DNA of 64,000 nucleotides, from assembly GCA_947259245.1 (NCBI GenBank), contig CAMYLP010000003.1, positions 27,118 to 91,117 of the forward strand, given 5' to 3'. Origin of the DNA: an uncultured Patescibacteria group bacterium. GTDB taxonomy: Bacteria; Patescibacteriota; Minisyncoccia; Phycocordibacterales; UBA12088. Under the pieces are notes generated by a model. That model did not search any database and was not told the origin of the DNA. It saw only the letters and a program-made list of their open reading frames with translations. This document shows positions 30,670 through 40,485 of this stretch, piece by piece. Both the position numbers and the translations under genes were made by a program. Each line of letters starts with the position of its first letter. The first letter of the stretch is position 1.

Positions 30670-32112
30670 CTACTGACTGAGTTCTTTCAACGTATCGATT
30701 TGTTGTTGGTAGTATGCTGCATGCTCCATAACGCCGTCTCCATAGAAAGCGTAGGCGGGATTCGAGGCGTTGACCCATCCCGCGAAATACCTCAGCGCTG
30801 CCAATCGCTCTGCGTACAGCGTACCTCCATCGGCACCATTATCCTTCATCAGTGTCGCGGCCCCGATGAAAGCATCTTGATTGTCCCACGGGTTGCTCGG
30901 GCTTTGCTTTCCACGTACGATACGTAACCTGTCCTTATCAGCCCGATATTCCCACGGCCCCGCCCAATATGTGTCCCAATCATAGGTACGCGCTGCGTTA
31001 TTGCAGTCATTTGTCCGTGTGTTTATGTACCCTCCGTAACATGCCCACGTGGAAGGTATGAACTGTGCTGGTCCCATTGCACCACCCCACCCGTACCCCG
31101 GTTTTGCTGACACCGGCATGCTGGCCGGGTCAAGCCCCAACGTGTCTGTGATCACCTTATATAGTGGGCGATCGCGTGTCGGATGCATATCTTGTGTCCA
31201 AACGCCATTTCCTAGGAACTCACCAAGTCTTGTCTCCTGCTTCAGCACTCCCAATATCAGAGCTGGACGCACACCGGTCTTACTGCTTGCAAAGTTGGCA
31301 AACTCGATAGCATCGCCTAGATTAATTGCTGCTGAGCCCTGAAGTTCGAACAACTCTGAACGTATTTGTGCTGCACTGCGCTCGTTTGCAGCTATCATTT
31401 GTTGGTATCTGGCTTCCTCCCCCTTCGTGACGGTGAGAATTCGAACCTTTTGATCTTCTTGTTGTTCCAGTTTGTCCTGCTGGAGCTCCTGCAGTAGTTT
31501 CAACTCTTCTTCTTCAGCCTGCCGTTCTTCAAGTACGTTCTTTGCATCGGCATTCAGTCTTCGAAGCTGCTCTAACTCTTGAAAACTTGTATTTAAAGCT
31601 ATCTTTATCACCCTAAAATCATCGTACTCGGCAAACACTTCAGCAAGACTCTGTTCAGAAAAAAGTATTTCGACAAGCGACGTTTCGTCTAACTCGGCTG
31701 TTCTTTGGATGAGGCTCGCCAGTGATTCACGTTCCCTGTCAATTTTATCCGTAAGCTCCAGTATATTCACCTCCTTTTCCCAGATGTCGTTCTCCAGATC
31801 CACAATTGCAATCTCTTGAGCCCGGATGGCAATGCGCGCCTTTTCTATTTCCGCATCAAGTATGGCGACGTCCCGCTCGAGGGTAACCCGTTCGCCACGC
31901 TTGCTGTCCAGCAAAACCTGCTGCTGTTTGATTAGCTGCTCTAGATTTGCAAGATCCTTCTCTAGCTGTGCTCTTCGTTGCGCAATTGCCTCTTCCGTGG
32001 CTGATTGCTCCGCACCTTCAACTGTGTGTATGTATGACAAGAGCGGTACCATGACGAGCACGGATATGACTACAACAAGTACCTGAACTGCGACCATGCG
32101 TGTCGTTACCAT
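30670..32112 (-). CDS. membrane-anchored coiled-coil protein with C-terminal MltB/Slt35-like lytic murein transglycosylase domain
   Basis: N-terminal TM, ~250-aa coiled coil, then [20 protein letters not shown] (MltB-type catalytic Glu motif). Confidence 0.6.
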   Translation of the reverse strand: MVTTRMVAVQVLVVVISVLVMVPLLSYIHTVEGAEQSATEEAIAQRRAQLEKDLANLEQLIKQQQVLLDSKRGERVTLERDVAILDAEIEKARIAIRAQEIAIVDLENDIWEKEVNILELTDKIDRERESLASLIQRTAELDETSLVEILFSEQSLAEVFAEYDDFRVIKIALNTSFQELEQLRRLNADAKNVLEERQAEEEELKLLQELQQDKLEQQEDQKVRILTVTKGEEARYQQMIAANERSAAQIRSELFELQGSAAINLGDAIEFANFASSKTGVRPALILGVLKQETRLGEFLGNGVWTQDMHPTRDRPLYKVITDTLGLDPASMPVSAKPGYGWGGAMGPAQFIPSTWACYGGYINTRTNDCNNAARTYDWDTYWAGPWEYRADKDRLRIVRGKQSPSNPWDNQDAFIGAATLMKDNGADGGTLYAERLAALRYFAGWVNASNPAYAFYGDGVMEHAAYYQQQIDTLKELSQ

Positions 32113-32154
32113 ACACGACAGTATACCGTGAATGCTTAGATGTTGTCATTGACT

Positions 32155-32176
32155 AAAAAACCGCCCGAAGGCGGCG
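32155..32176 (-). terminator. rho-independent terminator downstream of rplY
   Basis: rc: GCCGCC-ttcg-GGCGG + T6. Confidence 0.55.
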
Positions 32177-32200
32177 TCCAGTCCAACGTACGATCGTAAC

Positions 32201-32845
32201 CTACTCCGTGTCCTGCTCCTCTTCCTTTCCCTTTTTCTCCACTTCAATATCTGCCACATCTTGTTCCTCGACGACCGGTTCTTCCTCTTCCTCTTTCGCC
32301 GGTTGTACGAGCGCCACGACATCTTCATCAGGGATTCGGGATGTCACTCCTTTTGGAATCGAAAGGTCAGACACGTGGATGATGTCATCAAATGTCGCAA
32401 GCGATGATATGTCGACAGTAATGCTACCGGGCAAATTTTGCGGCAACGCCTCTATCTCCAGTTCATGCATTACCTTGAGCAGGGTGCCTCCTAGTTCTTT
32501 CTCTGCGGGTGCCACACCTTCAAATGTAAGTGGCACAGCAACCTCAACGCTCTCATCCGCCTTAACTGCATAAAGATCAACGTGCATCGGAGTACCGTAC
32601 AGTGGATCAACCGATACTTCTTGCACAAGCACTGATTTGTCCTTTCCAGCTCCGGTAAGTGTAATGACCGTATTTTCGCCAGCCTGTTTCCAGATCTTGT
32701 CAAATTCTTTCGTGGAGAGCACTATGTGTGTGGTGTTCTCACCACCACCGTAGACAATAGCAGGTATGCTGCCCTGAGAACGTGTGCGCTTAGATTCCTT
32801 ACTGCCGGTCGTAGTGCGTAGTTCGGCTTGTAGCTTCATTTCCAT
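32201..32845 (-). CDS. rplY: 50S ribosomal protein L25 / general stress protein Ctc form with acidic C-terminal tail
   Basis: SIPAIVYGGGENTTHI..HVDLYAV L25/Ctc core; Glu-rich tail. Confidence 0.8.
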   Translation of the reverse strand: MEMKLQAELRTTTGSKESKRTRSQGSIPAIVYGGGENTTHIVLSTKEFDKIWKQAGENTVITLTGAGKDKSVLVQEVSVDPLYGTPMHVDLYAVKADESVEVAVPLTFEGVAPAEKELGGTLLKVMHELEIEALPQNLPGSITVDISSLATFDDIIHVSDLSIPKGVTSRIPDEDVVALVQPAKEEEEEPVVEEQDVADIEVEKKGKEEEQDTE

Positions 32846-32928
32846 ATGTGCATGCGAGTATACCTGATTTTCTGTCACAGGCAATACTTGTTACAATACT
32901 CGTACTTGCAAGCATAATACATGACCCC

Positions 32929-33924
32929 ATGAGCGAACTAGATTTTGTATCCATAGGTGACATTACAACAGATGAATTTATTCAGTTGCGTGAGGATCGT
33001 GCCGTAGTGAATCGGGCACTGTCTGGACGCGATGTCCTCTCCATGTACTTTGGCGATAAGCTGGAGTACGACAACGCAATCAATGTGCCTGCGGTAGGCA
33101 ATAGCCCAAATGCTGCAGTGTCTGCGAAGCGCCTTGGTTTGAACACTGCCCTTGTGACGGACATCGGTAATGATGAAGGTGGCGAGGAGATTCGTGTATG
33201 GCTTGAGAATGAGGGCATCGATACCCGTTTTGTTGACGTACATGAGGGTAAGGAGACAAATCATCACTACGTACTACGGTACGGTCCAGAGCGCACCATT
33301 CTCATTAAACATGAGACGTACGACTACGTTGTGCCTGATATGGGTTCTCCCAAGTGGGTCTACTTCAGTAGCGTTGGTGAACACGGCATTGAGTACCATC
33401 ACCAGATAGCGGCATACGTGAGGGAACATGAAGGCACGAAGCTGTCATTTCAGCCCGGCTCGTTCCAGATCCAGCTTGGTCATGATGCTCTCAAGGACGT
33501 GTATGCAGCAAGTGAGTTATTCTTCTGTAACAAAGAGGAAGCGCAGCAGATAGTAGAAAGTCAGGAAGAGGATATTAGTAAGCTGCTTGAAATGTTGAAG
33601 GCGCTTGGACCAACGATACCGGTCATCACAGATGGACCATCTGGTGCTTTTGCGCTTGCTGAAGATGGTGTTTGGCACATGCCAATGTATCCGGACCCAG
33701 CACCACCCGTTGATCGTACCGGAGCAGGTGACGCGTTCAGCTCAACCTTCACGGCTGCGCTCGCCCTTGGAAACGATGTACCAACAGCACTTCGCTGGGG
33801 TCCCATAAACTCCATGTCTGTCGTTCAGCATGTTGGTGCACAGAAGGGACTTCTCTCACGCTCTCAGCTTGAGGAGCATTTGGCGAGTGCTCCGGAAGAT
33901 TACGTCGCCACCAAACTGTCATAA
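32929..33924 (+). CDS. PfkB-family carbohydrate kinase (ribokinase-like)
   Basis: N-terminal GDxxxD-like FVSIGDITTD and C-terminal TGAGDAFSSTF PfkB signature. Confidence 0.8.
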   Translation: MSELDFVSIGDITTDEFIQLREDRAVVNRALSGRDVLSMYFGDKLEYDNAINVPAVGNSPNAAVSAKRLGLNTALVTDIGNDEGGEEIRVWLENEGIDTRFVDVHEGKETNHHYVLRYGPERTILIKHETYDYVVPDMGSPKWVYFSSVGEHGIEYHHQIAAYVREHEGTKLSFQPGSFQIQLGHDALKDVYAASELFFCNKEEAQQIVESQEEDISKLLEMLKALGPTIPVITDGPSGAFALAEDGVWHMPMYPDPAPPVDRTGAGDAFSSTFTAALALGNDVPTALRWGPINSMSVVQHVGAQKGLLSRSQLEEHLASAPEDYVATKLS

Positions 33925-33970
33925 AAGGGACAAACCTGTGCAAATTCAGAATATCCTTGTCGTACTTGGG

Positions 33971-34044
33971 TGCACCCTGCAGGATTCGAACCTGCGACCT
34001 CACCGATGTGAACGGTGCGCTCTAACCGACTGAGCTAAGGGTGC
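33971..34044 (-). tRNA. tRNA-Val (anticodon CAC)
   Basis: rc: GCACCCT-TA-GCTC-AGTCGGTTA-GAGC-G-CACCG-TTCACAT-CGGTG-AGGTC-GCAGG-TTCGAAT-CCTGC-AGGGTGC-A. Confidence 0.85.
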
Positions 34045-34063
34045 AATTACACGTGCTACTCAG

Positions 34064-34438
34064 CTACGCAAGTAGAGATTTTATCTTTTCTGTAAGTTTA
34101 TCCAGAGTCCAGTCTGTCTTGAGCAGACACTCCGTGTGGGCGCTACTTTCGACGATTTCGTTCTCAAGCTCAGGTTGCGTCATGTTTGTCAAAAGAATAA
34201 TGGGGACAGTGGCACCCCATGAGTCGGCACGAAGTTTCTGTACTAACTGGACACCCGTCATTCCAGGCATCATCACATCACACATAACAAGGTCTGGCTG
34301 TAAGGTTATGGCCGTCTGGAGTCCTTGGACGCCATCATGCGTCACGGTGACCTCGAACTCTTCATCCCGCAGTATTTCAGACAACATCTCAGAGAACGCT
34401 AAATCGTCGTCGATTATAAGTATTTTTTTTGCTTCCAT
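34064..34438 (-). CDS. single-domain response regulator (CheY-like receiver)
   Basis: ILIIDDD.., D at LVMCDVMMPGMTG, conserved T/K positions; 124 aa, no output domain. Confidence 0.85.
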   Translation of the reverse strand: MEAKKILIIDDDLAFSEMLSEILRDEEFEVTVTHDGVQGLQTAITLQPDLVMCDVMMPGMTGVQLVQKLRADSWGATVPIILLTNMTQPELENEIVESSAHTECLLKTDWTLDKLTEKIKSLLA

Positions 34439-34477
34439 AATGATGTAATGAATATCAATGATTATTGACCAAATGAC

Positions 34478-35776
34478 CTACGCGGGCAAGTCGACGGTAA
34501 ATGTCGTCCCTTCACCCAGTTGACTGCTAAACGTAATACCGCCCCCCATGGCTTCCGCGAGGGCTTTACACATGTAGAGCCCGATTCCGTTGCCATTCAC
34601 CTCCATACCCTTGGCGTTTGATGCTCGATACAATTTTTGGAATATGCGACCCTGCTCCTCCGGCGGGATTCCTACGCCGTTGTCCTGTACCTCAAGCACA
34701 ATGCCGTGTGACGTTTGCTGAGACCGTAAGAGCACGGTACCGCCGTTCTCAGTATAACGTAGAGCGTTGGACAGTAGGTTTTGCAGTATGATGCGCACCA
34801 GTCGTCCATCCGTATTAAAGTGAAACCCTTCGTTAACCTCCGTACGCAATGTAATGTCCTTATCATGTGCATTTGGCTCCAGCTCCTCTACCACACTAAA
34901 CGTAAGGTTCGTGATATCTGTGTCTTCCTTCTGCACCTGGACACGTCCCATCTCTATCCGGGACAGGTTAAGCAGTGTATTGACAAGATCTATCATGTCT
35001 TCATTTCTGTGGTACATCTTCAGTAAATAGCCCTGCACTTCCTCGGTCAACTGATTTACACGACGTGTCAGTAGAAAGTCTATGTACCACTTCAGATTTG
35101 CTAGCGGGGCCCGTAGCTGATGGCTCGCCAGTGAAAGAAACTCGGTCTTGATACGCTCCAGTTCTTTTTGCTCATGTATGTCGACGAGTGTGACAAGCCC
35201 CTGTCGCCCTTTGTCCTTCTCAAGTAGATTTTCTATGGAGAGCAGCGCCCATCGTAGTGTGCCATTATTTTGTATGATCTGGACTTCCTGTTGCTCAAGC
35301 GCCACCCCACGTGCGACTCGTTCTCTAAACAGCATGAGCTTGTTTTCCTCTTCTGTATTTGTAAAGAGGTCAAAGATATTTTTTTGCATGAGTTCTTCAC
35401 CCGTTAGTCCAAACATTCGAACCGACGCCTTATTAGGTCTGGTGATGCGACCCTGCGGCGTGATCAACAGGTATGGTACCGGCGATAGTTCATAAAACCT
35501 TCTAAATTGGTCCTTTGTAAACGACAGGTCCTTCGTAATCGTGTATGCCATGCGTCTAGCGAGCGAACGTGTGCTCAATGATACAAAGATAACTACTGTC
35601 AGAAGAAATGCTGCTACCGTCGCAACTATGAGAACATAGCGCAGTAGTTCAAGTGCTATGGGAAGTGCTTGTTCAGGTGATTGAAGTACTGCAAGCTGCG
35701 TCGTGTAGTACGTGTATACAAAAAACAGACCGCCGGCGAAAATAACTACGCTCACTATACTTACAATGTACTTCAT
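34478..35776 (-). CDS. sensor histidine kinase (2 TM, PAS, HisKA, HATPase_c)
   Basis: H-box LSLASHQLRAPL, N/G boxes (NGNGIGLYMCKALAEAMGG); start trimmed to MKYIVSIV ATG 35776. Confidence 0.85.
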   Translation of the reverse strand: MKYIVSIVSVVIFAGGLFFVYTYYTTQLAVLQSPEQALPIALELLRYVLIVATVAAFLLTVVIFVSLSTRSLARRMAYTITKDLSFTKDQFRRFYELSPVPYLLITPQGRITRPNKASVRMFGLTGEELMQKNIFDLFTNTEEENKLMLFRERVARGVALEQQEVQIIQNNGTLRWALLSIENLLEKDKGRQGLVTLVDIHEQKELERIKTEFLSLASHQLRAPLANLKWYIDFLLTRRVNQLTEEVQGYLLKMYHRNEDMIDLVNTLLNLSRIEMGRVQVQKEDTDITNLTFSVVEELEPNAHDKDITLRTEVNEGFHFNTDGRLVRIILQNLLSNALRYTENGGTVLLRSQQTSHGIVLEVQDNGVGIPPEEQGRIFQKLYRASNAKGMEVNGNGIGLYMCKALAEAMGGGITFSSQLGEGTTFTVDLPA

Positions 35777-35925
35777 AAACGGGCACGTCTCGTACGTTGT
35801 ATTAGTATACCACCCGAAAGATGTATAGATTATCAGTTGTATACACATCTATCGTACGTGCTGCCCCCTTGCGCTCTGCGCACGGGATAGTGTAGTATTC
35901 GTACTCACGGATAACGACTGCAGAC

Positions 35926-35999
35926 GGGCCCGTAGCTCAGTTGGCTAGAGCGCCTCATTTGCACTGAGGAGGTCGGGGGTTCGATTCCTCTCGGGTCCA
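35926..35999 (+). tRNA. tRNA-Ala (anticodon UGC)
   Basis: GGGCCCG-TA-GCTC-AGTTGGCTA-GAGC-G-CCTCA-TTTGCAC-TGAGG-AGGTC-GGGGG-TTCGATT-CCTCT-CGGGTCC-A; G3:U70 Ala identity pair present. Confidence 0.85.
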
Positions 36000-36312
36000 C
36001 AAAGCGACAAGCCTAAAGCGACAGCTTTGGGCTTGTTGCGTACTTGTGGTCACAGGAAGTCGCTACCCTACTATTGCCGAAGCGCACTTAGTATTTAAGG
36101 AGCTTGCGACGCAAATGCTTAGTGATGCATCGTCGATTCCCCGCACAACGCGCAGTTCGGCTTAGTGACGCGTGACAACAAGCACCGCCGTATATGGTTT
36201 TGCGTTTGTAGAACCGAAGCGAGGTGTCTGTGTATAGTCCACGCGGACCCTGTACAACTACCCTCTTTTGTTCTACTGTGCTGCTAGATTCATTAAATGC
36301 GGAGGGAACGTG

Positions 36313-36591
36313 ATGGACAAGCATTCTGTACCCCGAATCGCATTCGAGTACCTTTTGGTACTACTCACAGGATTTAAGGAGTGGGTGGCAGCTTTTGTAC
36401 TCATTGTGATCGTTCTGTGCGTGTATGCTTTCGAGAGTGGCAAGTGGCTCTATGTTGTAGGCGTAATGGCCGGCGTAGCTGTTCTGGTGATTCTCTATGC
36501 CTTAGTTGTCGTATACGCAAACAAGTACACCACTTCCAGTGGTTGCAAGGGCCACCCTATTGAAGGTAAACCCCCAAAGGACAATGAGTGA
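36313..36591 (+). CDS. hypothetical small 2-TM membrane protein
   Basis: GGAGGGA SD 6 nt upstream of ATG 36313; two hydrophobic helices. Confidence 0.4.
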   Translation: MDKHSVPRIAFEYLLVLLTGFKEWVAAFVLIVIVLCVYAFESGKWLYVVGVMAGVAVLVILYALVVVYANKYTTSSGCKGHPIEGKPPKDNE

Positions 36592-36620
36592 AAAAAGTCG
36601 CCAGCACTACTGGCGACTTT

Positions 36621-37742
36621 CTACGACTGGACGAAAGGTGTGGTACCTGCCATGTCATGCTCATACCAACCGCTTGAAATGTAGGTGTTTGTAGCATCAG
36701 CCAGTGCACTTACATCTGTAAATCTACCGTCAACACTTGAACCGAGAACCACGACGACTATTGGATGATCCATGCCTGCATCGTATATGATCGCCAAATT
36801 GCCACCAGCTTCGTCAGTGTAGCCGGTTTTGCTTCCAAGCATCCCGGGGCGATCAAGTACGTATTCGTTTGTGTTGACTGCTTCATGGATAAATCCTGTC
36901 GTCGACTCGAACGACCTACTGTAGTAGGCGGTGTCGCGGAAGACTTCAGGCTGTTCGTTCCATACATGGGCAACGAGTCGAGCTACGTCCTCGGCAGTAC
37001 CCGTACCTCCGTACCCGTACTGCTCCGAATCAAGTCCGGACGGGTTTCGATATGTGGTGTTCATGAGTCCAAGCGTCGATGCGCGTCTGTTCATACGCTC
37101 CACAAACTTGTCAACATGGGCATATTCTGCTGACGTGTTAGCTGTCGTGCCGTCTACCGAGCCGACTGCCATCGCTACCGCGTTAGCACCATCATTACTG
37201 CTCGTCATCATCAAAAACGACACAAGGTCACTCAGTCGCCATGTTTCCTGTGCTAGCAGGCCTGAATCACCCTCGGCCTGTATGGCTGAGGGGCTTATCG
37301 TTACATCAGCATCAGGATTGCCCTCCTCGTACGCCAAAAGACCGGTCATCATTTTTGTCAACGATGCGAGCGGGCGAACCTCCGCTTCGTTTCGGGCGTA
37401 CAGCACTTTGCCGGTACGCACATCGTAGACAACCGCGGCACGGGCCTCAATATCGACAGATAAGAGAGGGTTCTCTGTGTTGGGCGTAACGACCGTGCGT
37501 AGATCTGTGACGGGTCCTGCGAGGGGCAGATGTTCAGCACTGAACCACGAGACGGTCGACGCCACCAGCACTGCACCGGTGATAATGACAGCCGCTGCAA
37601 ATGCACGCGTCTGTTCTTGCGTAGAATCGAGTACCGAGTCTACCATGACCTCGCCGCTACGCGACTGCAGCACAAGTGTGTGGTCCTCAAGTACTGTCTC
37701 GCGTGGCATAGTTTCGTGTTGTGTGTTCTCTGCATCTGACAT
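36621..37742 (-). CDS. D-alanyl-D-alanine carboxypeptidase (S11, low-MW PBP)
   Basis: SxxK (ASLTKMMT), SxN (SSND), KTG (SKTGYT) motifs; N-terminal TM. Confidence 0.85.
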   Translation of the reverse strand: MSDAENTQHETMPRETVLEDHTLVLQSRSGEVMVDSVLDSTQEQTRAFAAAVIITGAVLVASTVSWFSAEHLPLAGPVTDLRTVVTPNTENPLLSVDIEARAAVVYDVRTGKVLYARNEAEVRPLASLTKMMTGLLAYEEGNPDADVTISPSAIQAEGDSGLLAQETWRLSDLVSFLMMTSSNDGANAVAMAVGSVDGTTANTSAEYAHVDKFVERMNRRASTLGLMNTTYRNPSGLDSEQYGYGGTGTAEDVARLVAHVWNEQPEVFRDTAYYSRSFESTTGFIHEAVNTNEYVLDRPGMLGSKTGYTDEAGGNLAIIYDAGMDHPIVVVVLGSSVDGRFTDVSALADATNTYISSGWYEHDMAGTTPFVQS

Positions 37743-37743
37743 A

Positions 37744-38340
37744 CTATATTTGCTTCACTGATGAGACACCATGTTCCGTCGTCTCAGGTGAGGTCGTCTC
37801 ACTTTCCCCGCGGGCTTCCTCCTCAAAACTACGTAGTTTTTGCCTCGTTTCCTCGTATGCCGGTAACTCCTTCACGTTCATCACACCCAAGTGCTTTAGC
37901 AGCTCAACCGTGGGCTGATATACATAGGAGCGAGCGTTCTTTGGATTTCGCACTCGTTCTATCAGACCGCGAATTAATAGGTTGCGCACGACGAACGAAC
38001 TGTTAACGCCTCGCACGAAATCAATTTCAGCACGCGTGGCCGGTCCACGATACAGTACGATCGAGAGTGTTTCTGATCCAGCTTTTCCAAGGTCCCGCAC
38101 TATTTCAGCTTTTCTCATCGCTGTCACTACATCACTCGCTTCAGGGGCTGTGACAAGCTCAAGTTTATCTTCCAATATCAGAAGGCGTATTCCTCGATGA
38201 GCCAACGAGGCAGATAGGTGCTGGGCAGCTCCTTCAAGCTCCTCTGGTGACACATTCAGTATCTTGCATAGGTGCTTTTTACTCTCTGGTTCTCCTTTGA
38301 AGAATAGTACGGCTTCTAGTTTGTTCTCAATACCTGTCAT
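37744..38340 (-). CDS. scpB: segregation and condensation protein B
   Basis: KLEAVLFFKGEP.., tandem winged helix; immediately after scpA. Confidence 0.85.
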   Translation of the reverse strand: MTGIENKLEAVLFFKGEPESKKHLCKILNVSPEELEGAAQHLSASLAHRGIRLLILEDKLELVTAPEASDVVTAMRKAEIVRDLGKAGSETLSIVLYRGPATRAEIDFVRGVNSSFVVRNLLIRGLIERVRNPKNARSYVYQPTVELLKHLGVMNVKELPAYEETRQKLRSFEEEARGESETTSPETTEHGVSSVKQI

Positions 38341-38360
38341 GTTACCTCTACGAAATATGA

Positions 38361-39095
38361 TTATGAACTATAGTGCGGAACACCCACTGTATCACAGTGC
38401 ATATGTATATCACCACACCTACTTTCCTGCTCGACGCGTATGATACCTTGATGCACAAGCTCAAGCATGGCAAGAAATGACACTATCATATTTACCTTAC
38501 CCTCTGGAGCGTTGGTTGCAAATTGGCGGAATGATATGCGCATACCCTCATTTACGCGCCGGGTTAGCCGGTCAATCATTTCTTCCAATGAAACAACCCT
38601 TTGCACTGTCTGCTCGGTAAGTGCTTGCTTTTGCTCTGGCAAATTGTTCAAGACACTTTCAATAGAACGTAGCATGTTGTCTTGTGTTGTATCCTTGAGT
38701 GGAGAGAATACGTTTAGGGTTCGGTGTACACGTCTCCCACTGAAGAGCGGCGTGTGTCCAAAGCTGTTCGCAATGTCGCGGCCCCGTGTCTTGAACACAT
38801 CCAGTGCCTTAAGCCGCATTTCTAGGTCTGCGATAGAATCCTGCTCGTCAGTGGTGAGTGAAAGTACCGGCAGCAACGATTTTGACTTTATCAGTAAGAG
38901 TGTTGACCCTGTGAGAATAAACTGTGCTGTCTCCGCCATTGGGAATTCAGGGTGCTGTTCAATGTACTTCAAGTAATCCTCGCTGACCGTGGCGAGTGAT
39001 ATATCATTTATCAGGAGTTTTCGCTTCTCAATGAGAGAAAGGAGCAACTCCAGGGGGCCTTCGAAGACCTCGGTACTTATTTTGTACGAGTCCAC
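38361..39095 (-). CDS. scpA: segregation and condensation protein A (kleisin)
   Basis: FEGPLELLLSLIEKRKLLINDISLATV ScpA N-terminus. Confidence 0.85.
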   Translation of the reverse strand: MDSYKISTEVFEGPLELLLSLIEKRKLLINDISLATVSEDYLKYIEQHPEFPMAETAQFILTGSTLLLIKSKSLLPVLSLTTDEQDSIADLEMRLKALDVFKTRGRDIANSFGHTPLFSGRRVHRTLNVFSPLKDTTQDNMLRSIESVLNNLPEQKQALTEQTVQRVVSLEEMIDRLTRRVNEGMRISFRQFATNAPEGKVNMIVSFLAMLELVHQGIIRVEQESRCGDIHMHCDTVGVPHYSS

Positions 39096-39132
39096 ACCGA
39101 TATTGTACCACCAATACTGTTATCCCTGCAGA

Positions 39133-40470
39133 CTAGTTGTTCAGTTTCGTGTCGATACGGTTTATCTCGCGCGGGAAGAGTGTTGCCTCCTTGACGTTGT
39201 CAAGGTCAAGCATCTTTTCGGTAAGACGTTCAAGTCCCATACCCCATCCACCGTGGGGCGGCATGCCGTACTTGAAGGCCATTAGGTAAAAGGTAAAGTT
39301 GTCCGGATCCAATCCCCGCTCCTCCAGTCGCTTCAGAAGCATATCGTGATCGTGGATACGTTGACCTCCTGTGGTTATTTCAACACCTCGAAACAACAGA
39401 TCGTAACTCTTTGTGTACCCTTTATCACCTTCGTCCTCGTACGTGTAGAACGGACGTTTCGCCACGGGATAGTGCGTGATGAAGATAAAATCTGACGCGT
39501 ACTTTTTGTTCGCGTATTCACATAGCCAGCGCTCGTGTTCCGGGGCGAGGTCCGGTTCGTTGACACAGTCTTCTCCGGTTTCGTCCGCGATGAGCTGTAG
39601 TGCCTCACGTAACTTCATGTGTGGGAATTCATCAACTGGCACCAATGGTAGTGACGCATTGAGCGTTGCAAACTCAGTACTACATGTTTCTTTGAGATGC
39701 GACACCATATTCCGCATAAGCTCCACCTGGACTTCCATGACATCCGTATGGTCTTCAATGAATCCGAACTCAGCATCGAGACTTGTGTACTCATTTAAGT
39801 GTCTGCTCGTGCTGTGCAACTCAGCACGGAACACATTACCGATACTGAACACACGTTCGTAGACACCCACCATGATCTGCTTGTAGAGCTGCGGGCTCGT
39901 CGCGAGGTATGCCCACTTGTCCTTCAAGTATTCAAGACGGAATATGTTGCCACCGCCTTCAGCGTCGCCACCCACGATCTTGGGCGCCTCAAACTCAACA
40001 AATCCATTGGAGATAAGGAATGTCCGGTATGCCTGCAGTATCTCATGTTGCACTTTAAAAATGGCACGCATGCGTTCGCTGCGCAGTGTGAAGGGCCGGT
40101 TGTCGAGAAGTGTATCGAGGTTTACTTCGGCATCCTTCTCAAAGGGCAGTTCTTCTGCCCTTGCCAGTACCTGTAGCTCGAGCAGTTCGAGCTCTATATC
40201 GCCATTGGGTTGGTCTTTGTTTACCATTTTCTCCGGTCGTACGTTCACCTTCGCCTTTGCCCGTATGGCAAACTCTGAACGTACCTCACCGGCGATAGCC
40301 ACCGCCTCTTCATGGTTCGGAAGTGCAACACCCTGCACAATACCGGTGCGATCACGGATATCTAGGAAAATGAGTTTACCGTGATCACGACGCACGTCTA
40401 CGTACCCTGCAACAGTGACCTCAGTGTCTATATGGTCGTGTAGATCTCCAATGTTTGTTCTGTCTTGCAT
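39133..40470 (-). CDS. aspS: aspartyl-tRNA synthetase, short archaeal/type-2-like (possibly non-discriminating; AsnRS not excluded)
   Basis: OB anticodon-binding N-terminus, class II motifs FRAEL, GGQRIH, GMGLERL; 445 aa. Confidence 0.8.
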   Translation of the reverse strand: MQDRTNIGDLHDHIDTEVTVAGYVDVRRDHGKLIFLDIRDRTGIVQGVALPNHEEAVAIAGEVRSEFAIRAKAKVNVRPEKMVNKDQPNGDIELELLELQVLARAEELPFEKDAEVNLDTLLDNRPFTLRSERMRAIFKVQHEILQAYRTFLISNGFVEFEAPKIVGGDAEGGGNIFRLEYLKDKWAYLATSPQLYKQIMVGVYERVFSIGNVFRAELHSTSRHLNEYTSLDAEFGFIEDHTDVMEVQVELMRNMVSHLKETCSTEFATLNASLPLVPVDEFPHMKLREALQLIADETGEDCVNEPDLAPEHERWLCEYANKKYASDFIFITHYPVAKRPFYTYEDEGDKGYTKSYDLLFRGVEITTGGQRIHDHDMLLKRLEERGLDPDNFTFYLMAFKYGMPPHGGWGMGLERLTEKMLDLDNVKEATLFPREINRIDTKLNN

Positions 40471-40485
40471 GGTTCTTTCCCAATG

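Noticed and set aside
32146-32328. 60-aa Lys/Arg-rich ORF
   Set aside because: It overlaps the rplY 3' end and the rplY terminator hairpin, and its composition is driven by the antisense of a Glu-rich tail.
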